Assembly (NCBI GenBank): GCA_041736305.1
Contig: JBGSTX010000220.1
Span: 1 to 27,068, forward strand
Direction: 5' to 3'
Length of the DNA: 27,068 bases
From: Oligoflexus sp.
GTDB lineage: Bacteria > Bdellovibrionota_B > Oligoflexia > Oligoflexales > Oligoflexaceae
Made by a program: the position numbers and the translations under genes
Notes under the pieces: model-generated
Databases searched by the model: none
Told to the model about the DNA's origin: nothing
Seen by the model: the letters and a program-made list of their open reading frames with translations, nothing else
In this document: piece after piece, positions 18,127-26,997 of the stretch
How the letters are laid out: every line of letters starts with the position of its first letter
Position numbering within the stretch: position 1 is the stretch's first letter

Positions 18127-19149
18127 ATGAACCTCGTTCTACCTCTAAGCAGCAGCTTTTTTGAAAATCTTTGCAGAGTGAACATCGTGAGCATTTCTTC
18201 GTTGGCCCAAGTCCTGTCACCCGCGATCATGCAAAGCGTCGAGCGGCTCGACTTTAGCTTGGACAGCTGGCAGCTCAATCCCCGCATTGGATCTCTACTC
18301 GGTAAGACTGTACTGAGCGGCGGTAAACGTTTGCGCCCGCTTATGACCTTTATGATGGCCGACTTCTATGGCGTACCTCATGCTTTGATAGAACCATATG
18401 GACGCATGATCGAGCTCGTGCATGCCTCCACATTGGCGCATGATGATGTGGTTGATAATGCTGAGTTTCGGCGCGGTGAGCCCTCCATCAATGCCGTGGC
18501 GAGCAATAAGAAGGCCGTTCTCGCCGGCGATTATCTCCTTGCTTACGTGCTTCAAGAGATCGCCCGTTCGGGAAGGAACGACCTCGTCATTGAGATGGCG
18601 AGCATTATCGCCGATCTTGCCGAAGGCGAATGGCTACAAATTGAAAACAGTATGAAAGTCGATCTCAGCTGGGCCGATATCGAAAGAGTGGCCCTTAAAA
18701 AGACCGGGAGTGTGCTCCGTTGGTGCTGCACCGCACCGGCTCTGCTCTCCGAACTCGGCGATAGTTTTCTCGAACGCTCGCGCCGCCTGGGAGAAGCCAT
18801 CGGCATCGCCTTTCAACTGACCGACGACATCCTCGATTTTCAGCGCGTCGACGGGAGCAAAGGCGCTGATCTGAAAAATCGAGTGATCAACGCGGTGATC
18901 TTCGAAGCGCTGAGCCTGCAAGAAGGCAGCGAGTTCCTTAATATGCAGAACATCACTGAAATCGAGCCGAGCGCGATGCTGGCTCCGGCCATGGGCCGCG
19001 TGCGCCAGCGCGTGGATGAATTGGTCGATGAGGCCCAGGCTCTTCTGCTTTCCTTAGCCGAAGATCTGCGAGTTCACAAAGGCTTGGACGACCCGAAGCC
19101 TTTGCTAGCCTTGCAGAATCTGGTCCGATTCTTAGCGAAGCGGATCTGA
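18127..19149 (+). CDS. Long-chain trans-polyprenyl diphosphate synthase (IspB/HepT-like)
   Basis: GGKRLRP, first Asp-rich motif STLAHDDVVD with a small residue at -5, AVLAGDYL, KKTG and second motif QLTDDILD. The start could be GTG near 18187. Confidence 0.9.
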   Translation: MNLVLPLSSSFFENLCRVNIVSISSLAQVLSPAIMQSVERLDFSLDSWQLNPRIGSLLGKTVLSGGKRLRPLMTFMMADFYGVPHALIEPYGRMIELVHASTLAHDDVVDNAEFRRGEPSINAVASNKKAVLAGDYLLAYVLQEIARSGRNDLVIEMASIIADLAEGEWLQIENSMKVDLSWADIERVALKKTGSVLRWCCTAPALLSELGDSFLERSRRLGEAIGIAFQLTDDILDFQRVDGSKGADLKNRVINAVIFEALSLQEGSEFLNMQNITEIEPSAMLAPAMGRVRQRVDELVDEAQALLLSLAEDLRVHKGLDDPKPLLALQNLVRFLAKRI

Positions 19150-19152
19150 AAC

Positions 19153-19731
19153 ATGAGCAAGCACGACGACGAGAAAACGCTGCCCGAACTCGAGGAATTT
19201 GCCAATCAGGTTGGCCATTTCATGGAATATTGGGGCTTCAAGAAAGTCCACGGGCAGATCTGGTGCCATATTTATCTTTCAGATCATCCACTAGACGCCG
19301 CCGAACTCATGCACCGCCTGCAGATTTCTAAGGCTCTGGTCAGTATTTCGCTCAAAGAACTCCTGGACTTTGGGGTCTTGGAAGAGGTGGGCAAGAGCCC
19401 ACGCGGAACCCGACTCTACAAAGCTCGCGAGGACTTAGGCGCAACGATCCTGGACACCCTGCGCCGTCGGGAGAGGAAGATGATGGCCCGCATCCTCGCC
19501 GCTTACTCCTTGCTCGAGAAACTCGATCAGGACGAGCTCAGCGAACACGGCATTGAGAGACAGAAGGTGGCACTGCTCGGCGCCTTGATTCGCCTGGTTG
19601 ATCAAGGGCTCGACCAGATAATCAAAAAGCAAAACGGATCTATCTTTGACCTGATGAACATACTCTCGAAGAATCTCTTTCAAGTCAGCCCCGCCTCCCC
19701 GCGATCGCCGCCCCCCTCCCCCCCTGCTTGA
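19153..19731 (+). CDS. GbsR/MarR-family transcriptional regulator
   Basis: G.FME.WGF....G.IW...YLS..PL.A.EL...LQISKA.VS..LKEL pattern. Starts 3 nt after the synthase stop. Confidence 0.85.
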   Translation: MSKHDDEKTLPELEEFANQVGHFMEYWGFKKVHGQIWCHIYLSDHPLDAAELMHRLQISKALVSISLKELLDFGVLEEVGKSPRGTRLYKAREDLGATILDTLRRRERKMMARILAAYSLLEKLDQDELSEHGIERQKVALLGALIRLVDQGLDQIIKKQNGSIFDLMNILSKNLFQVSPASPRSPPPSPPA

Positions 19732-19808
19732 TGGGCAAGATTTACCACTCCTGTATGCATTAGAATCTTGAGGAGCGACTCTTTTTTTTGAGCGCTATCA
19801 GGAAGCTT

Positions 19809-22304
19809 ATGAGCGTGAGATACCAGGGCAAACGAATAAGAAAGCTAGGGCGAGGACAAGCCTTCCTCAGCCTATTTCTGCTTTTCTGCCTATGGTCCTG
19901 CCGCCCGAGTGCTCTGACGCCCATAAACAAAGAAATCGATTTTTCTATAATTCCTGAGCCTGTTCATCGCTCCCTGACGATCGATGAAGTCCAGGATTCG
20001 ATCGATTGGCTACCGCTTACACGCGACCGGGATCCGCGAACTCTGCACTCGCCAAGTGCCTGGGTTCGTCTCAATGTACCTGAGCTCAGTGCCTACCAAA
20101 ACCCGGCGCTCCTCCTCGGTCTCTGCCTCAACATCAACCAGATTTACTTCCAAAAAGAAAAACTCCTCGATCATCAACTGGAAGCAAATGGTCGCATGAC
20201 TGCTCGTCGTTTAAGCGTGCCCTATGTCTCTCTCAGCCAGGCGGCCTCTGGAAAACCCCTCTATCTCAACCTCGTTAATTCGCAGCGTACCGGTCTACAC
20301 CCTGACTGCAGGGAGCTGGCTTTTGGAGAAGAGCTCAATGTCATTCGCCGCTTTGCAGCCTTCCAAGCCCTCGACATCACCACGGGCCTGATCGTGCTCT
20401 TTCTCGGCCTGGCTGGATGCGCCATGGCTCTCGTCGGTAGACGTCTCGTCTATTTCTTCTTCGGCTCCTTTGCCACTAGCCTCGGCCTCACCTATCTGCT
20501 CGCATCCCATCCCATTCTTTACTATTATGCCGAGAAAGACTGGATTTTCGATTTCTGGCACTTCGCAGCCATGCTCATACCCGTGTCCTTTTGCTTTTTC
20601 TTCCAAGAGACTCTGCCTACCCGCAATCGCTTTCTAGAAACCGTCAACGTCGGCCTCCTGCTCATGGTTGCCGGCAGCGTATACTTCTACTTTGAGAAGG
20701 ACTGGACCGGACTCGAGCGCTATCGACTCGTCTACCTGGGCCTCAGCGTCCCCGTCGGTATCGCCGTCGTTGTCCGTAGCCTCAAAAACTCCTTCGGCAG
20801 CGCCCTAACGTCCAAGCGCTACCTCGGCTTTGGTCTCTGCCTTTTTCTGCTCTCAGCTGGCGTCGATCTGCTCTCCTACCTATTGGACGGGCCGATGTAC
20901 ATGGTCTCCTGCTGGGGAATTCTCTTACTGATGAGCTTCATGCTCATCTTCCTCGTCCAGTTCATGATTGAAAAAGAACAGACTCTCGAGCGGGAAAAGC
21001 GCCGCGGCCTTGAAGAAGATACCCAAAAATTGGAAGACCTGATCAACACCCGCACCGCTCACCTCAACGAGAAGACCCGTCAGCTGCAGAGCTCCAATGC
21101 CGAACTGAGCGACAAGAACGTTCTCATGTCTCTCACCTACAAGCGTCTTGAAGACCTTATCTTTCAAAAAGATGCTCTGCTTAAGCAGGCCGCGGCTATT
21201 GGTAGCAAGCAGGTTCCCCGCTTTACTCAGTCCCTCAAGCAGCTTTTCGAAGGAGGCCTCAGATCGCAGCTGCAGACAGCGAGCATAGAGGCCCATACCC
21301 TGGCGAGCCAACTCGAGCCTTTTGCTAAACTCTACGAAGACGTGCGAGCCGTGAATAATAAACTCGTCTGGCTACTGGAACCGAGTCCGCACTTCAGCGC
21401 CCTGATTCGCACCGCTCTGGGTGGCAGCAAAGTCTCGGTTCGCTCCTTCCAAGAGCCCGAAGCCTTCATGGCGGCTCTCATGCTGCAAAGGCCGGATCTC
21501 ATCGTCATCAATGCTGCATTTCGCCATATCCCCGAACTAGTGGTCCGTGATTTCCCTGAGACCGAAGTCATGCTCTGCACGCGCGAAAACTTTGCGGAGC
21601 ACCTCTCCTTCCTACAGTCGCAGCCAGCTATCTGCCATCTCCTCTTCCTCGACTCCGAAGATAGAAGCTTCATCCAGAAGAACCTCCTGGTATCGACGAC
21701 CAAGCTCCTCAGCAACGACATCTTCGGCATAGAGAAGTACCTCAACTGGGGCGTCGACATCAAAGAGCATATCGTCACCGGCAGTGAAACGCGCGATCAG
21801 ATCAGCGAGCAGCTCCGACTTCACCTGACGCGCAGCGGTGTGCAAAGCTCCCATATTCGTACTGCCGATCTCATTTGCGAAGAACTTCTGATGAACGCTG
21901 TCTACGATGCTGCCGTCGATCGCAACACCGGCCTTGCGAAATACAATCATCTGCCTCGAACGCAAGCCGTCGAGCTCGAACCCAACGAATTCGGCAAGCT
22001 CCGCTATGCCTTCGACGGACAGCTTATCGCTATTTCGGTAGAAGACCCTTTCGGGGGCCTGACGCGCGACATCGTCCTTAAGTACCTTCGATCCTGTTTC
22101 GAGGGGCAGTACGGCAAGATCAATGAGATAGAAGGAAAAGGGGGTGGCGGCATGGGCTTCTTCCAAATTCTCTCGACGGCCGATCTACTAGTAGCCAACC
22201 TGCGGCCAAAGCAAAAAACCGAAATTTTAGCTCTGATCAACGTCAATACGAAGTCTCACATTCGCCAGCAGGGCGGGTGTTTTCAGTTCTTCATCGAAAG
22301 GTGA
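19809..22304 (+). CDS. 7TM-DISM-like sensor with coiled coil, pseudo-receiver and RsbW-like GHKL ATPase domain
   Basis: Possible lipobox LWS-C, ~150-aa extracellular region, 7 TM segments, S-helix-like LINTRTAHL, N-box EELLMNA, ISVED.FGG and G-box GGGGMG. ATG 19809 follows an AGGA SD. Confidence 0.8.
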   Translation: MSVRYQGKRIRKLGRGQAFLSLFLLFCLWSCRPSALTPINKEIDFSIIPEPVHRSLTIDEVQDSIDWLPLTRDRDPRTLHSPSAWVRLNVPELSAYQNPALLLGLCLNINQIYFQKEKLLDHQLEANGRMTARRLSVPYVSLSQAASGKPLYLNLVNSQRTGLHPDCRELAFGEELNVIRRFAAFQALDITTGLIVLFLGLAGCAMALVGRRLVYFFFGSFATSLGLTYLLASHPILYYYAEKDWIFDFWHFAAMLIPVSFCFFFQETLPTRNRFLETVNVGLLLMVAGSVYFYFEKDWTGLERYRLVYLGLSVPVGIAVVVRSLKNSFGSALTSKRYLGFGLCLFLLSAGVDLLSYLLDGPMYMVSCWGILLLMSFMLIFLVQFMIEKEQTLEREKRRGLEEDTQKLEDLINTRTAHLNEKTRQLQSSNAELSDKNVLMSLTYKRLEDLIFQKDALLKQAAAIGSKQVPRFTQSLKQLFEGGLRSQLQTASIEAHTLASQLEPFAKLYEDVRAVNNKLVWLLEPSPHFSALIRTALGGSKVSVRSFQEPEAFMAALMLQRPDLIVINAAFRHIPELVVRDFPETEVMLCTRENFAEHLSFLQSQPAICHLLFLDSEDRSFIQKNLLVSTTKLLSNDIFGIEKYLNWGVDIKEHIVTGSETRDQISEQLRLHLTRSGVQSSHIRTADLICEELLMNAVYDAAVDRNTGLAKYNHLPRTQAVELEPNEFGKLRYAFDGQLIAISVEDPFGGLTRDIVLKYLRSCFEGQYGKINEIEGKGGGGMGFFQILSTADLLVANLRPKQKTEILALINVNTKSHIRQQGGCFQFFIER

Positions 22305-24694
22305 TCGGCTTGTTAAGTAGCTATGGGAGCATCATTATCCTTTGTGTCGCCGGCTGGCTCCTCGGGGCCTGTTCGAATTCAAGTTCCTTGAATTTGCTGC
22401 GGGCTCCCGGCACTACAATGCTGATCGATGCGAAAGGCGTCTACCAGACGCCTCCGGAGACCGGAGCAGCTTGGCAAAAATTCGATCGTGGCGCGCTCGA
22501 TGCGATACCCTTCGACAGCGCGACTCGGGTTTGGTTTTCCTTTCCCTTGGAGCGCAGTGCGGGAACCCACCTCTTCATCAATGCCTGCAAAAACATAGCT
22601 AGTCTCTATCAAGATCAAACCCTTATCAAACGGGATCTTGAGGGGCGTACCTATCCCTACATGCCCGATTTATTTCTCGGCGACCCTATCCTCCCGCTAC
22701 CCGAAAATCCCCCTCAGTCAAGGCTCTACCTGCAGGTCGTCTACAGTGGAAAATCGGGTTTCTGCTATGACTGCTTTCAGCTTTCCATCAGTTCTCGCTA
22801 TGAAGCCATGCGCAGTCTTTTGGAATCAGCTGCTCCCGAGCTTTTCGCGACGTTCGTGGCTTTTTTCTTAGGCCTGCTTTCACTCTTTCTCACGATCTCT
22901 CGCCGACAGAAAATGATCACGTACTTTTCTCTCTTTGTCTTCACGATGGCTGGACTTTATTTCAACGAAAACCTGATCGTCAGAATGGTCCTGGCTCACG
23001 CTGTCAACTGGGATGCCCTGGCTTACTTTGCTTTGATGGCTGCGCCTATCGTTTTCTTACTTTTCTTTGAGGAGGTTTTAAGTCCTCCCTTTCAGCTCGC
23101 AAAGCGCATCGCCTGGCTCGATTTATCGATCTTTATCGTCGAATTGGTAACTTTCGTTGCCATGCCAGAGATGAACATTGCACTGCATCGCCGCTACTAT
23201 TTCATTTTCCTACTGGTCGAATTCGCGTTCATACCTCCTCTATGCATAATCGGAATTATTCAGCGCAAACCTTTCGCAAAGAGCTTTGGATTTGGCGCTA
23301 TCTTGGTTGTGGGTGCAGCTTCTTGCGATGTCTGGGCCGATCTATTCGCAGTGAGCAAACCGATCGTACTCATGCCCTTTGCATTGATTGCCTTCATCAC
23401 TCTGCTCCTCGGGATTATTACCTCTCTCGCGACTCGAGAGGATGCGACTATCGAAAAGGAAAAGCTGCGGCTCGCGCAAGAGCGAACGCAGAATCTCATG
23501 AATCTCGTCACCCGACGCACGGCGGATCTCGATCAGAACTCCGAGAAGTTAGCTAGCCTCAATCAGGAGCTATCCGACAAGCACGAATTCTTCCTCGTTC
23601 AAGCCCAAAAGGTCAGCGAGTACGCCGAAGAAAAAGATCGCCTCCTGCAGCAGATTCACCGCATTCGAGAAAGCTCCCTGCCGCAAATTCTGGCTAGTTT
23701 ACAAAAACTTCATCGTTCGCCCGATGATGCGGTAAAAAAGGCTATCGACCAAGAGTCTTCGCTGATCCAGCAGGTTTTTGAAGTGGTAGCGAGGCTCTAT
23801 GCCATGCGTCAGCATCTGCTGGACCGACGAATCTTGATTTTTGATGCAGAAAAGAAAAACCAACGTTTCTATAAGCTGGCTTTGGGTGGCAGCAAACTCG
23901 AACTGATTTTGGTAGGTACCCACGAGGAGTTCAGCGCACAGCTCGACAGACATAGCTTTGAGTTGATCGGCATCCACGAGCAGCAGGTCGCTGCTCTAGC
24001 CCTTACCCAGACCAAGCAGCCTGAGGCCTCTATTATCATCTTTCACGAGTCGCAGCTGCTCGAGGATCATATTCCTCTCGTACATCCGGCTGGGGTTCAT
24101 TATCTTGCTCTCAACCTACCGCGGACCTTGCTGCAGAAGTTGTTGCTTACTCACGTAACCAAGCTTGTGACCCGCGAAATCTTTGGCCTCGAGAAGTACC
24201 TCAACTGGGGTTCGATGGTGAAGGAAGCTGGAGTGGCTAGTCGAGACCAACAGCTCCATGTGCTGGAGAGGATGCGGGCCCAGCTTGAAAGTCTAGGGCT
24301 CATGCCTGAGCATTTAGCTCAGATGGTCCGAGCCGCCCATAACCTGCTCGATATTCAAGCTAAGGGTCTTTTAGCTGATCATGGCGGCATCAAACACACT
24401 TCGCAAACTATCCTGCGTTATGGCTACGATGCCAGCTTTCATATGGTATCGATTAGCATTCAAGGTCGGCTCGGGGCTCAGGTCCAAAAGCTTTTCCAGA
24501 CTTCGGACCCTTCCCCTCCTATAGCTGAGCTTCTGCATACTGCAGACTGTCTGATTCTCAACAGTGACTCTCAGCTGAGGCATGAGATTCTAGCCATCAT
24601 GCAGAGCGACAAGATCAACGAAAAGACTGAGCTAGCTTCCTTCCATACCTTCACTTTATCCAGAGATTTAGTAGCATCTCTCCAGTCAGCCTGA
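22301..24694 (+). CDS. Paralogous 7TM-DISM-like sensor with degenerate GHKL domain
   Basis: GTGA overlap with the upstream paralog. Lipobox LLGA-C, 7 TM, LVTRRTADL, ALGGSK and IFGLEKYLNWG are present; N- and G-boxes are absent. Confidence 0.78.
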   Translation: MIGLLSSYGSIIILCVAGWLLGACSNSSSLNLLRAPGTTMLIDAKGVYQTPPETGAAWQKFDRGALDAIPFDSATRVWFSFPLERSAGTHLFINACKNIASLYQDQTLIKRDLEGRTYPYMPDLFLGDPILPLPENPPQSRLYLQVVYSGKSGFCYDCFQLSISSRYEAMRSLLESAAPELFATFVAFFLGLLSLFLTISRRQKMITYFSLFVFTMAGLYFNENLIVRMVLAHAVNWDALAYFALMAAPIVFLLFFEEVLSPPFQLAKRIAWLDLSIFIVELVTFVAMPEMNIALHRRYYFIFLLVEFAFIPPLCIIGIIQRKPFAKSFGFGAILVVGAASCDVWADLFAVSKPIVLMPFALIAFITLLLGIITSLATREDATIEKEKLRLAQERTQNLMNLVTRRTADLDQNSEKLASLNQELSDKHEFFLVQAQKVSEYAEEKDRLLQQIHRIRESSLPQILASLQKLHRSPDDAVKKAIDQESSLIQQVFEVVARLYAMRQHLLDRRILIFDAEKKNQRFYKLALGGSKLELILVGTHEEFSAQLDRHSFELIGIHEQQVAALALTQTKQPEASIIIFHESQLLEDHIPLVHPAGVHYLALNLPRTLLQKLLLTHVTKLVTREIFGLEKYLNWGSMVKEAGVASRDQQLHVLERMRAQLESLGLMPEHLAQMVRAAHNLLDIQAKGLLADHGGIKHTSQTILRYGYDASFHMVSISIQGRLGAQVQKLFQTSDPSPPIAELLHTADCLILNSDSQLRHEILAIMQSDKINEKTELASFHTFTLSRDLVASLQSA

Positions 24695-24695
24695 T

Positions 24696-25139
24696 TTAGT
24701 GAGCTAGGCGAGCGACGTTCGCTACGAGCCGACGATGCTGAATGGGCTTTGCTAGATGCAGCTGAAAGCCTTCGATTATAGACTTAACCTGCCAATGCTT
24801 TTCTGTATAAGCCGACAGCGCTATGACTGGGATTCGCTTTCCAGGGGAATTTTCATGTTCTTTGCGGAAAATGCGGATGAAATCGAAGCCGTCTTGATCG
24901 GGCATTCCAATGTCGCTGATGATTACATCGGGCTCGTAGTTCTCAAGCACTTTAAAAGCTTCGCATACCGAACTAACGCTTTGCGAGCTGGCTCCGTATC
25001 GGCGAAGCAGACGCGAGATAAATACCCGATGATCTTCTTCATCATCGATAACGAGCACTTTCAGACCGGCAAGTGTTTCAGGAGTCAGTTCTTCTTTGTT
25101 AGGAAATTCTTCTGAATTTGTTGTCGTGAGTAATTCCAT
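24696..25139 (-). CDS. Stand-alone receiver-domain response regulator
   Basis: VLVIDDEED, IISDIGMPDQDG, IALSA and LAKP: the acidic pocket, phospho-Asp, Ser and Lys are all intact. Confidence 0.92.
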   Translation of the reverse strand: MELLTTTNSEEFPNKEELTPETLAGLKVLVIDDEEDHRVFISRLLRRYGASSQSVSSVCEAFKVLENYEPDVIISDIGMPDQDGFDFIRIFRKEHENSPGKRIPVIALSAYTEKHWQVKSIIEGFQLHLAKPIQHRRLVANVARLAH

Positions 25140-25394
25140 GGCTCTATTCTTTCTTAAGTAAGACGCCCGAGAAGCCGCTTATAGTTCTCTAACTTAATCT
25201 TTACAAGCTCATTCACACGTTCGTGATTTAGAGCTGAAAGGACTATTGTGATATGGCCTAGACTTAACGCGATTTGAATGTCTCAAAGACCTTGGTTCAA
25301 AGTTCGATAAGTGCCGGGTTTTTTCCAGGCAATTATCGCTTTCATCAGGATAGTCTCTAAGAGACGCGAAAGACATGAGAAGTTGAAGGAACCT

Positions 25395-25844
25395 TCAGCT
25401 AGGTGCTTGAGCTTCAGGTTTGTCGATGACGGCGACGGTCAAGGTGATGCGAGCGATAGGTTTACGCTGCAGAGTTTCAACTATGTTGATCTCCCAGATC
25501 TGACTGCGCCGCCCGGTATGCAAAGCTTTAGCTGTCAGTTCTAAGGTCATCCCAGGCTTTGCGGGTCGCATATGCAGCGCATAAAGACTTTGGCCCACGA
25601 CAGTCTTCCCTGATTCATGAACGACCAGACCACCGGCTATTGAACCAAGACTTTCACCTACGACACAGGATATGCCCCCATGCATAATACCGTGCGGCTG
25701 AAGATGCTGTTGCCCGACGGTGAAGGTCGCCACGATACTGTTTTCACGAACTTCAGTCACGCGTAGCCCCAGAAAGCGATCTATCTCGGGCAGCCCACGT
25801 TCATTGATCGTTTCAGGCTTCAGCTTGGCTGGAAATAAGCCCAT
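25395..25844 (-). CDS. menI: Hotdog-fold thioesterase, MenI/YdiI/EntH-like (putative DHNA-CoA thioesterase)
   Basis: QPHGIMHGG...GESLGS, HMRP and H.GRRSQIWEI. The family is clear; the menI assignment is inferred from the nearby men genes. Confidence 0.7.
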   Translation of the reverse strand: MGLFPAKLKPETINERGLPEIDRFLGLRVTEVRENSIVATFTVGQQHLQPHGIMHGGISCVVGESLGSIAGGLVVHESGKTVVGQSLYALHMRPAKPGMTLELTAKALHTGRRSQIWEINIVETLQRKPIARITLTVAVIDKPEAQAPS

Positions 25845-25854
25845 GCGTTCCCTC

Positions 25855-26829
25855 TTAGAGCGAAAGAGTTTTCAAGAGATTGAGGAGGCTTTCTTCGGTC
25901 TCGTTGCGCTTGTTTAGGCACTCCGTGAGAGGCGCGAGACCGAACTTGCCATCCCGCACAACGGTCGCAACTTCCACGTCACCATTGACCAGAGCTTTAA
26001 CGGCCATGTTGCCCATGAGAGAGCCGATAAAACGATCGCGGGCCGACGGGTTACCGCCCCTTTGGATATGCCCGAGAATGCATAGTTTAGTGTCCAGCGA
26101 ATAGCGATCGCGGAGCTCTTTCTGATAGACGTGGCCTATGCCTTCCTTCTCACCTTCAGCCACGATGACTATGGAAGACTTCTTGCCCCTCGCTACCCCG
26201 CGGCGGATGTTGCTCGCGACGGCATCGAGGTCAACTTTTCTATCGGGAAAAATCACAGCTTCTGCGCCGGTTGCGATCGCAACAGTAATCGCTATCATTC
26301 CGGAGGAACGACCCATGACTTCGACGAGAAAGCTGCGATCGTGTGAAGTGGCTGTATCGCGAATTTTATCGATGGCTTCTACTGCCGTATTGAGAGCTGT
26401 ATCAAAACCGACCGAGAGCTCAGTGCCATTAATGTCGTTATCTATGGTGCCTGGTATACAGGCTACAGGGATGCCATGCTCTCGATGGAGGAGGTGGGCG
26501 CCGTTGAAAGAGCCATTGCCACCGATGACGATTAAACCGCTGACACCCAGATCCTGCAGAAAAGCAGCGGCCTCAAAGCGGTAGGTCGGTTCCATAAAAC
26601 GCACGCTGCGCGAGCTGTAGATGACCGTTCCACCGCGCTGAATGATATTGCCAACCGAAGAGATGTCGAGGTTGACAATAGATTTGTCGAGGAGACCTTC
26701 GAAGCCTTTATAAATGCCATAGATCTCATGATCCAAGCTATAGGCAGTCCGGACGACCGAGCGAATGGCGGCGTTCATCCCGGGTCCATCTCCTCCACTG
26801 CAGAGGACAGCTATCGACTTTTTCTTCAT
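25855..26829 (-). CDS. pfkA: ATP-dependent 6-phosphofructokinase
   Basis: SGGDGPGMNAAIR, GGT, IGGNGS, PGTIDND, GFDTA, VEVMGR and LGHIQRGG. The start is ATG 26829 or GTG 26838. Confidence 0.96.
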   Translation of the reverse strand: MKKKSIAVLCSGGDGPGMNAAIRSVVRTAYSLDHEIYGIYKGFEGLLDKSIVNLDISSVGNIIQRGGTVIYSSRSVRFMEPTYRFEAAAFLQDLGVSGLIVIGGNGSFNGAHLLHREHGIPVACIPGTIDNDINGTELSVGFDTALNTAVEAIDKIRDTATSHDRSFLVEVMGRSSGMIAITVAIATGAEAVIFPDRKVDLDAVASNIRRGVARGKKSSIVIVAEGEKEGIGHVYQKELRDRYSLDTKLCILGHIQRGGNPSARDRFIGSLMGNMAVKALVNGDVEVATVVRDGKFGLAPLTECLNKRNETEESLLNLLKTLSL

Positions 26830-26997
26830 CCCAAACACCCTTTATAAAAGCCCGGTCACTTAGGCTAGCGAACGAACAGCAACTCAGACCGTTTGTAATC
26901 TTTTCGCAGGAGCCTCTCAAGAGCTTTACAGCCTGTCCGAAAAATCCAAAACTTCAAAGTCCTAAGACTTTTTCGGAATTTGGCTTTTCCCTGACAT

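Noticed and set aside
19809-24694. Annotation of the 7TM pair as classical hybrid histidine kinases
   Set aside because: No H-box, receiver-like domains lack the canonical Asp, and the domain order and N-box style fit RsbW-like GHKL domains.
25284-25310. Weak sigma28-like CAAA-N15-TTCGATAA (a similar weak TCAA-N15-TCCGAAAA lies near 26917-26943)
   Set aside because: Multiple mismatches and no GTTTTT extension. The first points at no credible gene, since the 25311-25544 ORF is mostly antisense to the thioesterase.
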